From positions 352,001 through 416,000 of the forward strand of contig CAWCFX010000006.1 in NCBI GenBank assembly GCA_963795085.1: a DNA stretch of 64,000 bases, read 5' to 3'. The stretch's first letter is position 1; every line of letters begins with the position of its first letter. A model generated the notes under the pieces. It did not search any database and had not been told where the DNA came from. It saw nothing but the letters and a program-made list of their open reading frames with translations. This document shows, one piece after another, positions 20,720-31,200 of this stretch. The DNA is from an uncultured Gemmatimonadales bacterium (GTDB lineage Bacteria; Gemmatimonadota; Gemmatimonadetes; Gemmatimonadales; GWC2-71-9). Made by a program: the position numbers and the translations under genes.

Positions 20720-22144
20720 ATGATCCTCAAGCGCTTCTACGATCCCAAGCTGGCCCAGGCCAGCTACCTCATCGGCTGCGGCAAGACCGGCGAATCGGTG
20801 GTGTTCGACGCCAACCGGGACGTCATGCAGTACATCCAGGCGGCCGCCGCCGAGGGGGTGCGGATCACCCACGTGACCGAGACCCACATCCATGCGGACT
20901 TCGTCTCCGGCAGCCGGGAGCTGGCCTCGCGGACCGGGGCGAAGCTGCTGCTGTCCGATCATGGCGGGGCGGACTGGTCCTACCGGTTCGCCGGGGAGGC
21001 CCATGCCCAGATGCTCCGGGACGGGGGCGAGTTTTTTGTCGGCAAGGTAAGACTCCAGGTCATCCACACGCCGGGGCATACCCCGGAGCATATCACGTTC
21101 CTGGTCACCGATACCGCCGCCGCGGACGCTCCGATCGGGGCGATCACCGGAGACTTTGTGTTCGTGGGGGATGTGGGCCGCCCCGATCTGCTCGAAAAAG
21201 CGGCCAACGTCAAAGGCACCATGGACCAGGCGGCCCGGCAACTGTTCCAGAGCCTGCAGGCCTTCAAGTCCCAGCCCGACTACCTCCAGATCTGGCCCGG
21301 CCACGGCGCCGGCTCGGCCTGCGGAAAGGGGTTGAGCGCCATCCCGCACAGCACCGTGGGCTACGAGCGGATGTTTAACTGGGCCTTTGCCGTCACCGAC
21401 GAGAGCAGGTTCGTGAAGCAGGTTCTGGAGGGCCAGCCGGAGCCACCGACTTATTTCGCCGAGATGAAACGGATCAACCGGGACGGACCCCGGCTGCTGG
21501 GCGACTTTCCCGCCCCGGCCCAGGTCCCCGCGGCCCGGCTGGCCGAGCTGCTGAAGGAGGCCGTGGTGATCGACACCCGCCCGGCCGGAGAATATGCGGC
21601 CGGCCACGTCGCGGGTACGCTCAATCTGCCGCTCAACAAGTCGTTCACCACCTGGGCCGGATGGCTGGTACCGTACGACCGCGACATCTATCTCATCGCC
21701 AAAGATGAAACCAGCCGGGAGAAGCTGGACGAAGCCATTCGCGACCTGGCCATGATCGGGCTGGACCGGGTGGCTGGTTACATGGCACCCGATGAGGTGA
21801 TGGCGTGGGCGCAGCAGAACGGCGGGCTGGCGACCATCAGGGAGGTGGCCACGGCCGAGGCGGCCCGGCTGGCCAACGGCACGGCGACGATCCTCGATGT
21901 GCGGAACGATGCGGAATGGGAAGCCGGCCATGTTCCCGGCGCGACCCACATTCCGCTGGGACATCTCGCTGCGCGGCTGGACGAACTGCCCACCAGCCGG
22001 CCCGTGGTGGTGCATTGCCAGGGCGGCGCCCGGTCGGCTATCGCCGCGAGCGTGCTCCGGGGCCACGGGTTTACCGACGTGGCCAACCTGGTGGGAGGGT
22101 TCCAGGCCTGGGAAAAGGAAGGCCTGCCTACGTCAGGCGGGTGA
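20720..22144 (+). CDS. MBL-fold persulfide dioxygenase-rhodanese fusion (CstB-like)
   Basis: THIHADFVSG, HTPGHT, GDVGRPDL, C-terminal rhodanese CQGGARS. Confidence 0.9.
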   Translation: MILKRFYDPKLAQASYLIGCGKTGESVVFDANRDVMQYIQAAAAEGVRITHVTETHIHADFVSGSRELASRTGAKLLLSDHGGADWSYRFAGEAHAQMLRDGGEFFVGKVRLQVIHTPGHTPEHITFLVTDTAAADAPIGAITGDFVFVGDVGRPDLLEKAANVKGTMDQAARQLFQSLQAFKSQPDYLQIWPGHGAGSACGKGLSAIPHSTVGYERMFNWAFAVTDESRFVKQVLEGQPEPPTYFAEMKRINRDGPRLLGDFPAPAQVPAARLAELLKEAVVIDTRPAGEYAAGHVAGTLNLPLNKSFTTWAGWLVPYDRDIYLIAKDETSREKLDEAIRDLAMIGLDRVAGYMAPDEVMAWAQQNGGLATIREVATAEAARLANGTATILDVRNDAEWEAGHVPGATHIPLGHLAARLDELPTSRPVVVHCQGGARSAIAASVLRGHGFTDVANLVGGFQAWEKEGLPTSGG

Positions 22145-22994
22145 GGATCGCCGCCGCGAACCGCGCCGGCGCCTCCGCATGGTGGCGGAGAAACAGGTCG
22201 GGTTCGATCATCTCCAGCTCCATCAGCCGCACCCCGCTCGCGCCATCTACCAGGTCCACCCGCGCGTAGAGCCAGGGGAACCGCACGACCTCCAGGACGC
22301 GCTCCGCCGCGCCGAGGACCCGCGCAGGAGGCATGCCGGGGGCAGACGTCCCCCCGTACTCCTTCTGCACCCGGAAGTCCCCGCGGGCCGGCAGCTTGAG
22401 GGCGGAGTGGCTGAGCTCGCCCCCCAGAAAGACCACCGACCACTCCCCCCGGACGATGGCCTCCTCGAACTCCTGGACCAGGACCGCCCCCCGCTCCAGC
22501 ATCGCGGTGAACTGCGGCTGATCGGCCGGCGCGGATTCGGGCGTGGTCGTCCAGGTGAGAAACGCGGTGGCCGACATCGCGGGTTTCACCACCGCGCGCC
22601 GCCACCCATGCACGGCGAGCAGGTCCGGCAGGCTCGCGCGCTCGCCCCGCTCGAGCCAGGCCGTCGGCGGTGTCGCGATACCGCGGGTGGCGAGTTCCTG
22701 CAGGTAGTGCTTGTCCATGTTCCAGCGAACCAATGCCGGCGGATTCCACAGCCGGTCGCCGGCCGATTCCCGGGCGGCCAGCCAGGCCGCGAACTCGTCG
22801 GTGCGCTTGTGATAGTCCCAGGTGGAGCGTAGCACCAGGAGATCGAAGTCTCCCCACGCGACCGAAACATCGTCCCAGGCCAGCGGCTCCACGGTATGCC
22901 CGTCTCGGCGGAGCCGCCCGGCGCCGAGCCGGTCGTCCTCGGTGAGCGCGGGCATGCCGGCGTAGGTCACCAGCCCGATGCGCGCGTCAGCCAA
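22128..22994 (-). CDS. ATP-grasp (RimK/GshB-like) ligase
   Basis: RSTWDY, WNMDKHYL, FRVQKEYGG, LMELEMIEP. Confidence 0.85.
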   Translation of the reverse strand: MADARIGLVTYAGMPALTEDDRLGAGRLRRDGHTVEPLAWDDVSVAWGDFDLLVLRSTWDYHKRTDEFAAWLAARESAGDRLWNPPALVRWNMDKHYLQELATRGIATPPTAWLERGERASLPDLLAVHGWRRAVVKPAMSATAFLTWTTTPESAPADQPQFTAMLERGAVLVQEFEEAIVRGEWSVVFLGGELSHSALKLPARGDFRVQKEYGGTSAPGMPPARVLGAAERVLEVVRFPWLYARVDLVDGASGVRLMELEMIEPDLFLRHHAEAPARFAAAILTRLT

Positions 22995-24351
22995 TCCAGA
23001 CGCTCTTGATGTTGACGAATTCGCGGATCCCGAACTCGGACAACTCCCGGCCGTAACCGGACCGCTTGATCCCGCCGAAGGGCAGCCGGGGATCGGACTT
23101 TACCTGGCCGTTGACGTGGACCGCGCCCGCTTCGATGTCCGCCGCCAGCCGCTCGGCCCGGTCCCGGTCTTCCGTCCAGAGCGAACAGCCCAGCCCGAAG
23201 CTGGAAGTGTTGGCCAGCCGGATCGCGTCGGCCTCATCCCGGGCCCGGGTCACCGCGGCGACGGGCCCGAAGGTTTCTTCGTCAAACGCGGTATTCCCCG
23301 GCCCGGTACCCACCAGGATGGTGGGCGGGTAGAAGGCGCCTTTCCCCTCCGGCAACCTCCCACCCAGCGTCAGCGAGGCACCCTCGTTCACCGCGGCCTC
23401 GACCTGCCGGTGCAGGTCGTCCCGGAGGTCGGTACGGGCCTGGGGACCCACGGCCATGCCGCGGTCCAGCGGGTCGCCCATGGTCCGGGTCGCCATTTCC
23501 CGGTGGAACATCTCCAGGAACCGGTCGAAGACCGGCGCCACGGCGATGAACCGCTTGGCGGCGATGCAGCTCTGCCCGCTGTTGACCAGCCGGGCATCGG
23601 CGGCGACCCGGGCCGCCCGCTCCAGGTCGGCGTCCTCGAGCACGATGAACGCGTCGCTTCCGCCTAGTTCAAGGACCGTCTTCTTGAGGTGGCGGCCGGC
23701 CTGCTCTGCGACCTTGATCCCCGCCTGCTCGCTCCCGGTAAGCGTCGCGGCCACGATCCGGGGATCGGCAATGATCCCGGCAACGGCGCCGCTCCCGACA
23801 AGGAGGGTCTGGAACACTCCCCCGGGAAACCCCGCCCGGCGGAACACCTCTTCAATGTCCAGCGCGCACCGGGGTACGTTGGAGGCGTGCTTCAGGATGC
23901 CGGTGTTGCCCGCCATGAGCGCGGGCGCCGCGAAGCGGAGCACTTGCCAGAAGGGAAAGTTCCAGGGCATGACGGCGAGGATGGGGCCCAGCGGATCGAA
24001 CCGGACAAAGCTCCTGGCCGCGTCGGTGTCCTTCACCTGGGGCGCGAGGAACGCTCCGGCTTGATCGGCGTAGTAGTCGCAGACCCAGGCGCACTTCTCC
24101 GCCTCGGCTTCGCCCTGGGCGATGGGCTTCCCCATTTCCAGCGCCATGGTGCGGCCGAAACGGGCCTTGTCCTCCCGGAGGACCGCGGCAGCCTTCCGCA
24201 TCAGGTCGGCTCGGCGGGGCATGCCGGTCCGGCGCCATTCCTGGTACGCCGCCTGGGACCGGGCCAGGGCGGCCTCGATATCGGCGGGGCTGGCCTCGGG
24301 AAACTCCTCGATCAATTCGCCGTTGGCGGGGTTCGTCGATGTAATGGCCAT
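22987..24351 (-). CDS. NAD(P)-dependent succinate-semialdehyde dehydrogenase (Sad-type)
   Basis: MPWNFPFWQ, LELGGSDAF, NSGQSCIAAKR, EETFGPVA. Confidence 0.9.
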   Translation of the reverse strand: MAITSTNPANGELIEEFPEASPADIEAALARSQAAYQEWRRTGMPRRADLMRKAAAVLREDKARFGRTMALEMGKPIAQGEAEAEKCAWVCDYYADQAGAFLAPQVKDTDAARSFVRFDPLGPILAVMPWNFPFWQVLRFAAPALMAGNTGILKHASNVPRCALDIEEVFRRAGFPGGVFQTLLVGSGAVAGIIADPRIVAATLTGSEQAGIKVAEQAGRHLKKTVLELGGSDAFIVLEDADLERAARVAADARLVNSGQSCIAAKRFIAVAPVFDRFLEMFHREMATRTMGDPLDRGMAVGPQARTDLRDDLHRQVEAAVNEGASLTLGGRLPEGKGAFYPPTILVGTGPGNTAFDEETFGPVAAVTRARDEADAIRLANTSSFGLGCSLWTEDRDRAERLAADIEAGAVHVNGQVKSDPRLPFGGIKRSGYGRELSEFGIREFVNIKSVWIG

Positions 24352-24356
24352 GGGCG

Positions 24357-24680
24357 TCAGCTGTGTTGATCGCGCAGTCGCCCGAGAGTACTGTCGATCA
24401 AGCGGGTCAGCTTGTCCGCGGCGCCATCGACCGCCTGGCCCGTGGTCGCAGCCTGGTGGGTGACCGCGACCGGTTGCCGGCCCTGGAGACGTGCTTCCAT
24501 CATGCAACGGATGTCCTCGGTGCCACTCTTCTCGCTGCTGTTCTCATCGCTCAGGTGCACTTCCACCCGCGTGATCTGATCGCTGAACCGGCTCAACACG
24601 CTCTCCACGGTGGCGCCGACCTCGGCGACGAGCGTTGCATGGCCTTCGATATTGTGATCGGTATTGACCTGGATCTGCAT
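24357..24680 (-). CDS. HPF/RaiA family ribosome-associated protein
   Basis: MQIQVNTD...ITRVEVHLSDEN...RCMMEAR. Confidence 0.85.
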   Translation of the reverse strand: MQIQVNTDHNIEGHATLVAEVGATVESVLSRFSDQITRVEVHLSDENSSEKSGTEDIRCMMEARLQGRQPVAVTHQAATTGQAVDGAADKLTRLIDSTLGRLRDQHS

Positions 24681-24818
24681 ATTGGTCTCTGGTTGTGAGA
24701 ATGAGGACTCACTGCCCCCAAGTGGCCACGTCGATGGCCATGGCTGGAAATGACAACCGAAACGTCAGCCATGCAAGGCTGCGTTACACGTGCGGGCTGG
24801 ATGGTCCATCCGCCGGGG

Positions 24819-25283
24819 CTAGCGAGCCTGTTCTCCCCCCGACTCCAGGGCCTGGATCAGCGCTTTCATCTCCCCGATTTCCCGGACCTGGGCTGCCACG
24901 ATGTCATCGGCCAGTTTCCGGACCCGCGGGTCGGAGATATGGGCGCGGGTACTGGTCAGGATCGCGATCGAGTGGTGGGGAATCATCGCTTTCATGTACG
25001 AGACGTCTTCCACCGTCTCCTGGCCGCGCACCAGCCAGAGCGCCAGGAAGAATACGAGCGCGCTGCCGGCGATAATGCCGGTATTTATCCGCCGGTCGGT
25101 GTACATCTTCAGCATGAACAGCAGCATGACCGCCGCCATGACCGCGCCCATCAGGAGCGCCATGTAGGCCCGGGTCTCGCTGAAGAAGATATGGTCCGCG
25201 GAGTACGTGTTGAGGTACATCAGGAGAAACATGATGCCGGTGGCGGTGGCGATCATGGCAAAGAAGCGTGGATAGGGCTTCAT
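24819..25283 (-). CDS. DUF305 (CopM-like ferritin fold) membrane protein
   Basis: MIPHHSIAI...Q.REI.EM; Met-rich TM helices. Confidence 0.85.
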   Translation of the reverse strand: MKPYPRFFAMIATATGIMFLLMYLNTYSADHIFFSETRAYMALLMGAVMAAVMLLFMLKMYTDRRINTGIIAGSALVFFLALWLVRGQETVEDVSYMKAMIPHHSIAILTSTRAHISDPRVRKLADDIVAAQVREIGEMKALIQALESGGEQAR

Positions 25284-25455
25284 CGGACATCCTCTCTCGA
25301 AAAGAAGCTTGGCACGGGAGTGATGGTCCACGGCACTGCCGCGCGACGACGGAGCCGCTGGACCGGAATGGCTCCGAAGGGTTCCATCATGCTCAATGGG
25401 GATATCAGAGTCTGTGCCCCGGGGCACACCGCGGCGTGATTTCTGGACCCGGGTA

Positions 25456-26421
25456 CTACCCCACGCGGCCGCCAGGGACGTCAGGGATCCCGGTCGCGCC
25501 GATGCCCTTCCGGCGGAGTTGACCCAGTCCCTTCATGCCGGTGAGCGCGATCCCGATGGCCAGGACCGGCAGGACCTGGACGGCCTGGAGGGCCAGCCCG
25601 GCTGCCAGCGCGGAGGAGAGTGGAATGCCGAACTGTTCCATCACCAGGATCATCGAGCCCTGGAGTACCCCGACATTGCCGGGGGTGAGGCGAAGGAGTC
25701 CCGCGGCGTTGGCCGCGACGAGGGCGCTCAGCGAAATCGAGATATCGACCGGGATATGGGTCGCCGCGATGGTCCAGTGGAATGCCGCCCACTGCAGGAG
25801 CCAGTTGAGGCAGGCCAGCGCGACCGCGGCCACCATCCCGAAGCGATCGGTCGAGGCCACCATTTCGATCAGGGGGCCGCGCCAGCGGCCCAGGTTCCGG
25901 GAGCGAATGCGGTCCCAGGGCAGTCGCCGGTACCCGAGAAACACGGCACCGGTCGCCAGGCCGAGGCCGAGACCGATGAGACTGGCGGCGGGAAACGGCG
26001 GCGCGACGATCAGGGCCGCCGCCAGGAAAACAAACAGCGAGACAATCTCCACGAACCGGGCCAGAATCAGGGACCCGCCCGCCGCGGCCATCGGGACCTC
26101 GTCCCGCACCGCCACCATTTTCGCGCGCGCCACGTCCCCGCTGACGGATACCGAAATGCAGGACAGGGCGGCGCCGACGAAGGTGGCGAATTGGACCGTG
26201 ACCAACCGGACCGGCGCCAGCCGCCGCAGGAACACGTGCCACTCGGCGCCCTTGATTGCCAGGGAGACGAGGTGGGCCAGCGCCGCGGCGGCGAGGAGCA
26301 GCCAGTTCGAGGTTTCCAGGGCGGCCAGCGTCGCGGCCCAGGGAAAACCTATTCCGAAATGGATGGCGAACCCAAGGGCAGCCAGTACCAGGCCCGCCAG
26401 TGCCCAGCGGCGCCAGCTCAC
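25456..26421 (-). CDS. Lysylphosphatidylglycerol synthase TM/flippase-like protein
   Basis: Multi-TM, GDVARA, TPGNVGVLQ. Confidence 0.8.
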   Translation of the reverse strand: MSWRRWALAGLVLAALGFAIHFGIGFPWAATLAALETSNWLLLAAAALAHLVSLAIKGAEWHVFLRRLAPVRLVTVQFATFVGAALSCISVSVSGDVARAKMVAVRDEVPMAAAGGSLILARFVEIVSLFVFLAAALIVAPPFPAASLIGLGLGLATGAVFLGYRRLPWDRIRSRNLGRWRGPLIEMVASTDRFGMVAAVALACLNWLLQWAAFHWTIAATHIPVDISISLSALVAANAAGLLRLTPGNVGVLQGSMILVMEQFGIPLSSALAAGLALQAVQVLPVLAIGIALTGMKGLGQLRRKGIGATGIPDVPGGRVG

Positions 26422-26486
26422 CGGGTCGAACGCAGTATGGAGATAAGCACCCGGGCAAGATAATCTCGCTCGCCCGGAGCCCGCGT

Positions 26487-27794
26487 CTAGTGTTTCATCG
26501 TGGACTCCGCCGGCATCACCCGGAGGTAGAGCGCCAGGCCGGCGGGGGTGCGGGTTCCGTAGGCCGCTTCCAGGGCGGCGGGGATCCGGCTCACCCCGAC
26601 TCTGCCCCCAAGCCCGAAGCTGGCCTGCCCAATCCGTCCGATCTCGCGGAGCATGCCCGCAGAAATGCTGTAGATGTCAAAGCCGTCCGCTCCGGCGCCG
26701 GCGACCTGGAGATCCTCGGCATCCTTCTGTACGAAGCTGGCCCGGCCGAAGATGTTGTACTTCCCGGTGTGGAGGTTGGCCTCGAGCACGGCGCTGTGCT
26801 CGAAGGCGTCCTCACCCGCGTGCCGGTTGGCGCCGTAGATGAGGGATGCCGAGAGATGGCCGGTCCGGGTCGGCTTGACGTGCATGATGGACGCGCCGAT
26901 CCGGTCCTGGGAGACGTCGGGCTCCAGTTCCTCGGGTGACTTGAGAAACCCGTACGAGGCGCTCATCGCCCAGGTGGACGACGGGTTGACCGTCAGCCGG
27001 CCGCCGTAGGAGTCCAGGGGGCGAAAGTCGAAATTGGTGCGTTCTTCGTCCGGCTCCCGGCCGTTGAATACGGTGCCTTCCAGCTTCCAGGTCCGGGTGA
27101 AGACCCCGGCCGTCACGACGCCGAAGGTGATGTGGGTGGCATCCTGCCAGTGGTGCGCCAGGGTGGCCAGCGGGTCCCCTTCCGCGGAGGCGCGGTGCAT
27201 GAACGCGACCGGGCCGATCGCCGGCTCGCCCACCGGCGCCAGGTAGAGCGAGACTCCGAGGTGCTTCGACACCGGCCTTTCGTACATGGCGGCGATTTCC
27301 ATGAACAGATCGTGGGGATGCTGGCGGTCCACCAGCGGGCGCCCCCGGTAGGCTTCGCCGGACTGCAGCAGCAGGGGATAGCCGCTCCCGCCCAGGGTGT
27401 AGGGTTCCAGGCTGAGCATGCCGTGGAGATGCAGCAGCCCGCCGCCCAGCGGGCGCATCGCCATGACCATGCCCCAGTTGGTGCTGCCGACCTGGGTGTC
27501 ACCGCGGGGCCCGCCCTGGTGATTGTAGATCAGGAAGGCCTGCCCGTGGACCATCATGCTCCATTGCCCGGCCATCCAGTGCCAGGCGTTCATCGGCGAG
27601 GCATCGGGGAGCCAGCTGGTGCCGGACCCCATGCGGGTATGGGGAATGCCGAGGGGCCCGTCCAGGCCGGGCATCGGGGTGGCGGTCTCGCCCGCCATGT
27701 TGTGTTGTTCATGCTGCGCCCGCAGGGAGCCGGGCAGACCTCCCAGGAGCAGCAACAGCGCCGCCATGCGGGCGGGCGTTGGTGAGATTTTCAC
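26487..27794 (-). CDS. Uncharacterised Met/His-rich outer-membrane beta-barrel-like protein
   Basis: Signal peptide, QHEQHNM, GSGTSWLPD, DRQHPHDLFMEI, HHWQDATHI, amphipathic strands. Confidence 0.7.
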   Translation of the reverse strand: MKISPTPARMAALLLLLGGLPGSLRAQHEQHNMAGETATPMPGLDGPLGIPHTRMGSGTSWLPDASPMNAWHWMAGQWSMMVHGQAFLIYNHQGGPRGDTQVGSTNWGMVMAMRPLGGGLLHLHGMLSLEPYTLGGSGYPLLLQSGEAYRGRPLVDRQHPHDLFMEIAAMYERPVSKHLGVSLYLAPVGEPAIGPVAFMHRASAEGDPLATLAHHWQDATHITFGVVTAGVFTRTWKLEGTVFNGREPDEERTNFDFRPLDSYGGRLTVNPSSTWAMSASYGFLKSPEELEPDVSQDRIGASIMHVKPTRTGHLSASLIYGANRHAGEDAFEHSAVLEANLHTGKYNIFGRASFVQKDAEDLQVAGAGADGFDIYSISAGMLREIGRIGQASFGLGGRVGVSRIPAALEAAYGTRTPAGLALYLRVMPAESTMKH

Positions 27795-27796
27795 AG

Positions 27797-27848
27797 GACC
27801 CTCCAGACCGAAGTTGAACGAAGAACGCGAGGCTCGATCAGGAGAGTC
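27797..27848 (-). promoter_or_regulatory. Shine-Dalgarno-sequestering stem-loop
   Basis: mRNA GACUCUCCUGAUCGAG pairs at 15 of 16 positions (incl. G-U) with UUCGGUCUGGAGGGUC, which contains the GGAGG of the 27794 start. Confidence 0.7.
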
Positions 27849-28173
27849 GTTGAGGTGGCGGCGAGAGTGGCGGGATATGGTGGGATATCAGCACCCGGAC
27901 CGGTGTGGCAATCCGGGCTGGCCCCGGCAGGGCTGCCGGGGCCGGCGTCGCAGCACCGACGGCGGGGGAGTGCGCGAGACATCCGGCATGGCCGGCGCAT
28001 TCCACCGGCGGACAGTGCTGGCAGTCATCCGGAGCCGGGGCCACCATGCCCTGGCCGGCGCCGGAGTCCGAATGCCCCGAATGGGGCGATGCCGCCTGGA
28101 CACAATGGTCGGCGGCCGCAGCCGGCAAGGGCGGCCACGAAAGGAGGCTCAGCAGGAGCATGACCAGCTTCAT
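27838..28173 (-). CDS. CutF/CruR (DUF2946)-like Cys/His-rich secreted leader protein with Pro-rich C-terminus
   Basis: Signal peptide, CQHC...CAGHAGC, ends IPPLSPPPQRLS; start overlaps the csoR stop. Confidence 0.6.
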   Translation of the reverse strand: MKLVMLLLSLLSWPPLPAAAADHCVQAASPHSGHSDSGAGQGMVAPAPDDCQHCPPVECAGHAGCLAHSPAVGAATPAPAALPGPARIATPVRVLISHHIPPLSPPPQRLS

Positions 28174-28478
28174 CGGGTGTTCTTGTACATCAGGTCCACC
28201 AGCTCGTCATACATCGACTCGGCTTCCTCGTTCCCGACCCGGATGGCCGAGGTGGCGCAGTGCTTGAGATGGTTGCGCAACAACTCCCGGCCGACCGCCC
28301 GGAGCGCTTCCTGGACCGAGCTGATCTGGGTCAGGATGTCGGCGCAGTAGCGGTCCTCCTCTACCATCTTTTGCAGCCCCCGGACCTGGCCTTCGATCCG
28401 GCGCAGCCGCTTCAGATTCCGGTCGCGGAGATCTGGTTCAACGGCGACGGCATGGCGGGGTTCAGGGGTGCTTTTCAT
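28170..28478 (-). CDS. csoR: CsoR-family copper-sensing repressor
   Basis: RLRRIEGQVRG...RYC.DIL.Q...HLKHC (C-H-C ligands). Confidence 0.92.
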   Translation of the reverse strand: MKSTPEPRHAVAVEPDLRDRNLKRLRRIEGQVRGLQKMVEEDRYCADILTQISSVQEALRAVGRELLRNHLKHCATSAIRVGNEEAESMYDELVDLMYKNTR

Positions 28479-28537
28479 GCAACGCCTCCTGGTGCCCATC
28501 AGGAGCGACGGGCGTTGGTAGTGTCCTTGTTCCTCGT

Positions 28538-28825
28538 TCCGAGGCGCCTGCCCCACCCACCCGGTTTGCGCCCATCTCCATCTCGGCGCCTCGAACTTCG
28601 ACGTCCGACGGCGCCTGACGCTCGCACCCGGTTGTGCGCGCGTATCCACCGCGTCGCCTCAACTCTCCGAGGCGCATTAACGCAGAGGGCGCCGGGGAAA
28701 ATCACGAGATCGCAAGGCTACAAAATCATCTTCTGCCATTCTGCGATCTCTCAGTCGGTTCAGCGCTCTCGGCGTTAAGGCGCCTCGGACTTCGACGGTC
28801 CGGTGGTGCCTGACGCACGCACCCC
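28538..28825. repeat. Two tandem palindromic REP/MITE-like units
   Basis: Inverted arms TCCGAGGCGC...GCGCCTCGGA, each followed by a shared tail CTTCGACG...CCTGACGCWCGCACCC. Confidence 0.65.
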
Positions 28826-28836
28826 GAAGAAAAGCA

Positions 28837-31200
28837 TCAAGCCTGGCTCGCCTTCAACCGCCGCAACCGCAGGCTGTTCCCCACCACGCTGACGCTGCTG
28901 AACGCCATTGCGGCGCTGGCCAGAATGGGACTCAGCAGCAGCCCGAACGCAGGGTAGAGGATACCGGCGGCCACCGGGATCCCCACCACGTTGTAGATGA
29001 AGGCCCAGAACAGGTTCTGCTTCATGGTCCGCATGCTGCGCCGGGACAAGTGAATGGCCCGGACCACGCCGGCCACGTCCGGCCGCATCAGGGTGATGTC
29101 GCTCGCCTCCCGCGCGACGTCCGTCCCGCTGCCCATGGCGATCCCCACGTCCGCCTGGGCCAGCGCGGGCCCATCGTTGATACCGTCGCCCACCATCGCC
29201 ACGACCTCGCCCCGCTCCTGGCGACGCTTGATCTCGGCGACTTTGCCCTCCGGCGTGACCCCGGCCACGACCTGCTCCACTCCGGCTTCCCGGGCGATGG
29301 CGCGGGCCGTTCGCTCGTTGTCTCCGGTGACGATGAGGGTCTTGAGCCCGAGCTGCTGGAGGCGGGCAATGGCCTCCCGGCTACCCGGCTTGATGGGGTC
29401 CGCCACCGCGATGAGCGCGGCCAGCGACCCGTTCAGATTGACGTACATGGGAGTCTTCCCCTCATCCGCCAGCCGTTCCCAGTCCGCCCGTGCCTCCTCC
29501 ACGGCGACGCCGTATTCGGCCATCAGGCCGGCGTTTCCCACCGCCATGGCCACACCGGACACGATGCCGGTGGCTCCCTGCCCGGTGACCGAGTTGAAGT
29601 TCTCCGGTTCCGCCAGCGGCAGGCTCCGCTTCTCAGCCTCCGCCACGACGGCGGACGCAAGCGGGTGCTCGGAACGGGATTCCAGCGAGGCGACCAGCTC
29701 GAGCACCCGGTTCTCGGTCCACGCCGCACCACGCACCAGGATATCGGTGACGGCAGGTTTCCCCTCGGTCACCGTCCCGGTCTTGTCCAGCACGACCGTG
29801 GTCAGGGAACCGGCCCGCTGCAGGGCCTCGCCGCCCTTGATCAGGATGCCCCACTGGGCGCCCTTGCCGGTCGCCACCATGACCGCGGTGGGAACGGCCA
29901 GGCCCATCGCGCAGGGACAGGCGATGATGAGTACCGCCACGGCCGCCGCGAACCCGCGCACCAGCGGCGCTGTGGGGTCGAGCAGGTACCACGCGACGAA
30001 CGTCGCGATGGCGATCGAAATCACCACCGGCACGAACACCGCGCTGATCCGGTCGGCCAGGCCCTGGATCGGGGCCCGGCTGCCCTGGGCTTCCCGCATC
30101 AGCTTCACGATCCGCTGGATGGTGCTGTCGGCGCCGAGGGCGACGACCCGGACCTGGAGCGCCCCGGTGCTGTTCATGGTTCCACCCGCGACCCGGTCGC
30201 CCGGACCCTTGGCCACCGGCATGGACTCCCCGCTCAGCATGCTCTCGTCCACGGCGCTGCCGCCGGTGGTCACCTCGCCGTCCACCGGGACCCGTTCACC
30301 CGGGCGGATCACCACCACGTCCTCCAGGCGGACCTCGTCGATCGGCAGATCGCGCTCCTGCCCGTCCCGGATCACCCGGGCCGTCCCCGGCTGCAGCGCG
30401 ATCAGGCCGCGCAGCGCCACCGAGGTCTGCCGCTTGGCCCGGGCTTCCATCGCGTTGCCCACCAGGATGAGGCCGATAATGATCACGATGGCCTCGTAGT
30501 ACACGTCCGGCGGCACCCCATGGGAGAGAAAGAACCCGGGGAAAAAGGTGGCGGCCAGGGAGAAGACAAAGGCCGCCCCGGTTCCCACCGCGATCAGCGT
30601 GTTCATGTCGGCGGCATGATGGCGGAAGGCGTTCCAAGCACGAGTGTAGAAATGCCGGCCGGCCCAGCCCATGATGACCAGCGTGATCGTAAGCAGGACC
30701 CCCAGGAGGACGCTGCGATCCAGCGCGTAGAGCCAGGGAAGGGCCCGCTCCAGCGGTGGAGTCAGGCTGTGCATGGCCCACCGCATGAAGGGGTCGCTGG
30801 TGGCGGCACCGTGCTCGCCGCCCGCCATGAGCGGCATGGAGAAGAGCATGGCGATGGCTGCCGCCACCAGGCTCACCACCGCCTTCAGCCGGTATTCCCG
30901 GAACTCCTCCTGCTGCGCCAGGTCGTGCGCCTCCTGGTCCTCCACCGCGGTCCGGCCTTCGACCGGCAGCTCGGCACCATACCCGGTGGCCTTCACCGCC
31001 TCTACCAGCCGGTCAGGCGAGGTCGTCTCGGGATCAAAGGTGATGGTGGCGTTGGAGGTCATCAGGTTGACCGTCGCGTCCGCGACCCCGGGCGTGCGGA
31101 CCAGCGCCTGCTGCACGTGAGCCTGGCACCCGGCGCAGGTCATCCCGCTGACGGGGAGCGTCACCGTAGCCGGCGGTTTCTTCGTCTCAGTTGGCATCAT
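28837..31200 (-). CDS. copA: Cu(I)-translocating P1B-type ATPase
   Basis: GMTCAGC HMA domain, CPC, DKTGT, SEHPLA, GDGIND, YN and MAFSS motifs. Confidence 0.95.
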   Translation of the reverse strand: MMPTETKKPPATVTLPVSGMTCAGCQAHVQQALVRTPGVADATVNLMTSNATITFDPETTSPDRLVEAVKATGYGAELPVEGRTAVEDQEAHDLAQQEEFREYRLKAVVSLVAAAIAMLFSMPLMAGGEHGAATSDPFMRWAMHSLTPPLERALPWLYALDRSVLLGVLLTITLVIMGWAGRHFYTRAWNAFRHHAADMNTLIAVGTGAAFVFSLAATFFPGFFLSHGVPPDVYYEAIVIIIGLILVGNAMEARAKRQTSVALRGLIALQPGTARVIRDGQERDLPIDEVRLEDVVVIRPGERVPVDGEVTTGGSAVDESMLSGESMPVAKGPGDRVAGGTMNSTGALQVRVVALGADSTIQRIVKLMREAQGSRAPIQGLADRISAVFVPVVISIAIATFVAWYLLDPTAPLVRGFAAAVAVLIIACPCAMGLAVPTAVMVATGKGAQWGILIKGGEALQRAGSLTTVVLDKTGTVTEGKPAVTDILVRGAAWTENRVLELVASLESRSEHPLASAVVAEAEKRSLPLAEPENFNSVTGQGATGIVSGVAMAVGNAGLMAEYGVAVEEARADWERLADEGKTPMYVNLNGSLAALIAVADPIKPGSREAIARLQQLGLKTLIVTGDNERTARAIAREAGVEQVVAGVTPEGKVAEIKRRQERGEVVAMVGDGINDGPALAQADVGIAMGSGTDVAREASDITLMRPDVAGVVRAIHLSRRSMRTMKQNLFWAFIYNVVGIPVAAGILYPAFGLLLSPILASAAMAFSSVSVVGNSLRLRRLKASQA

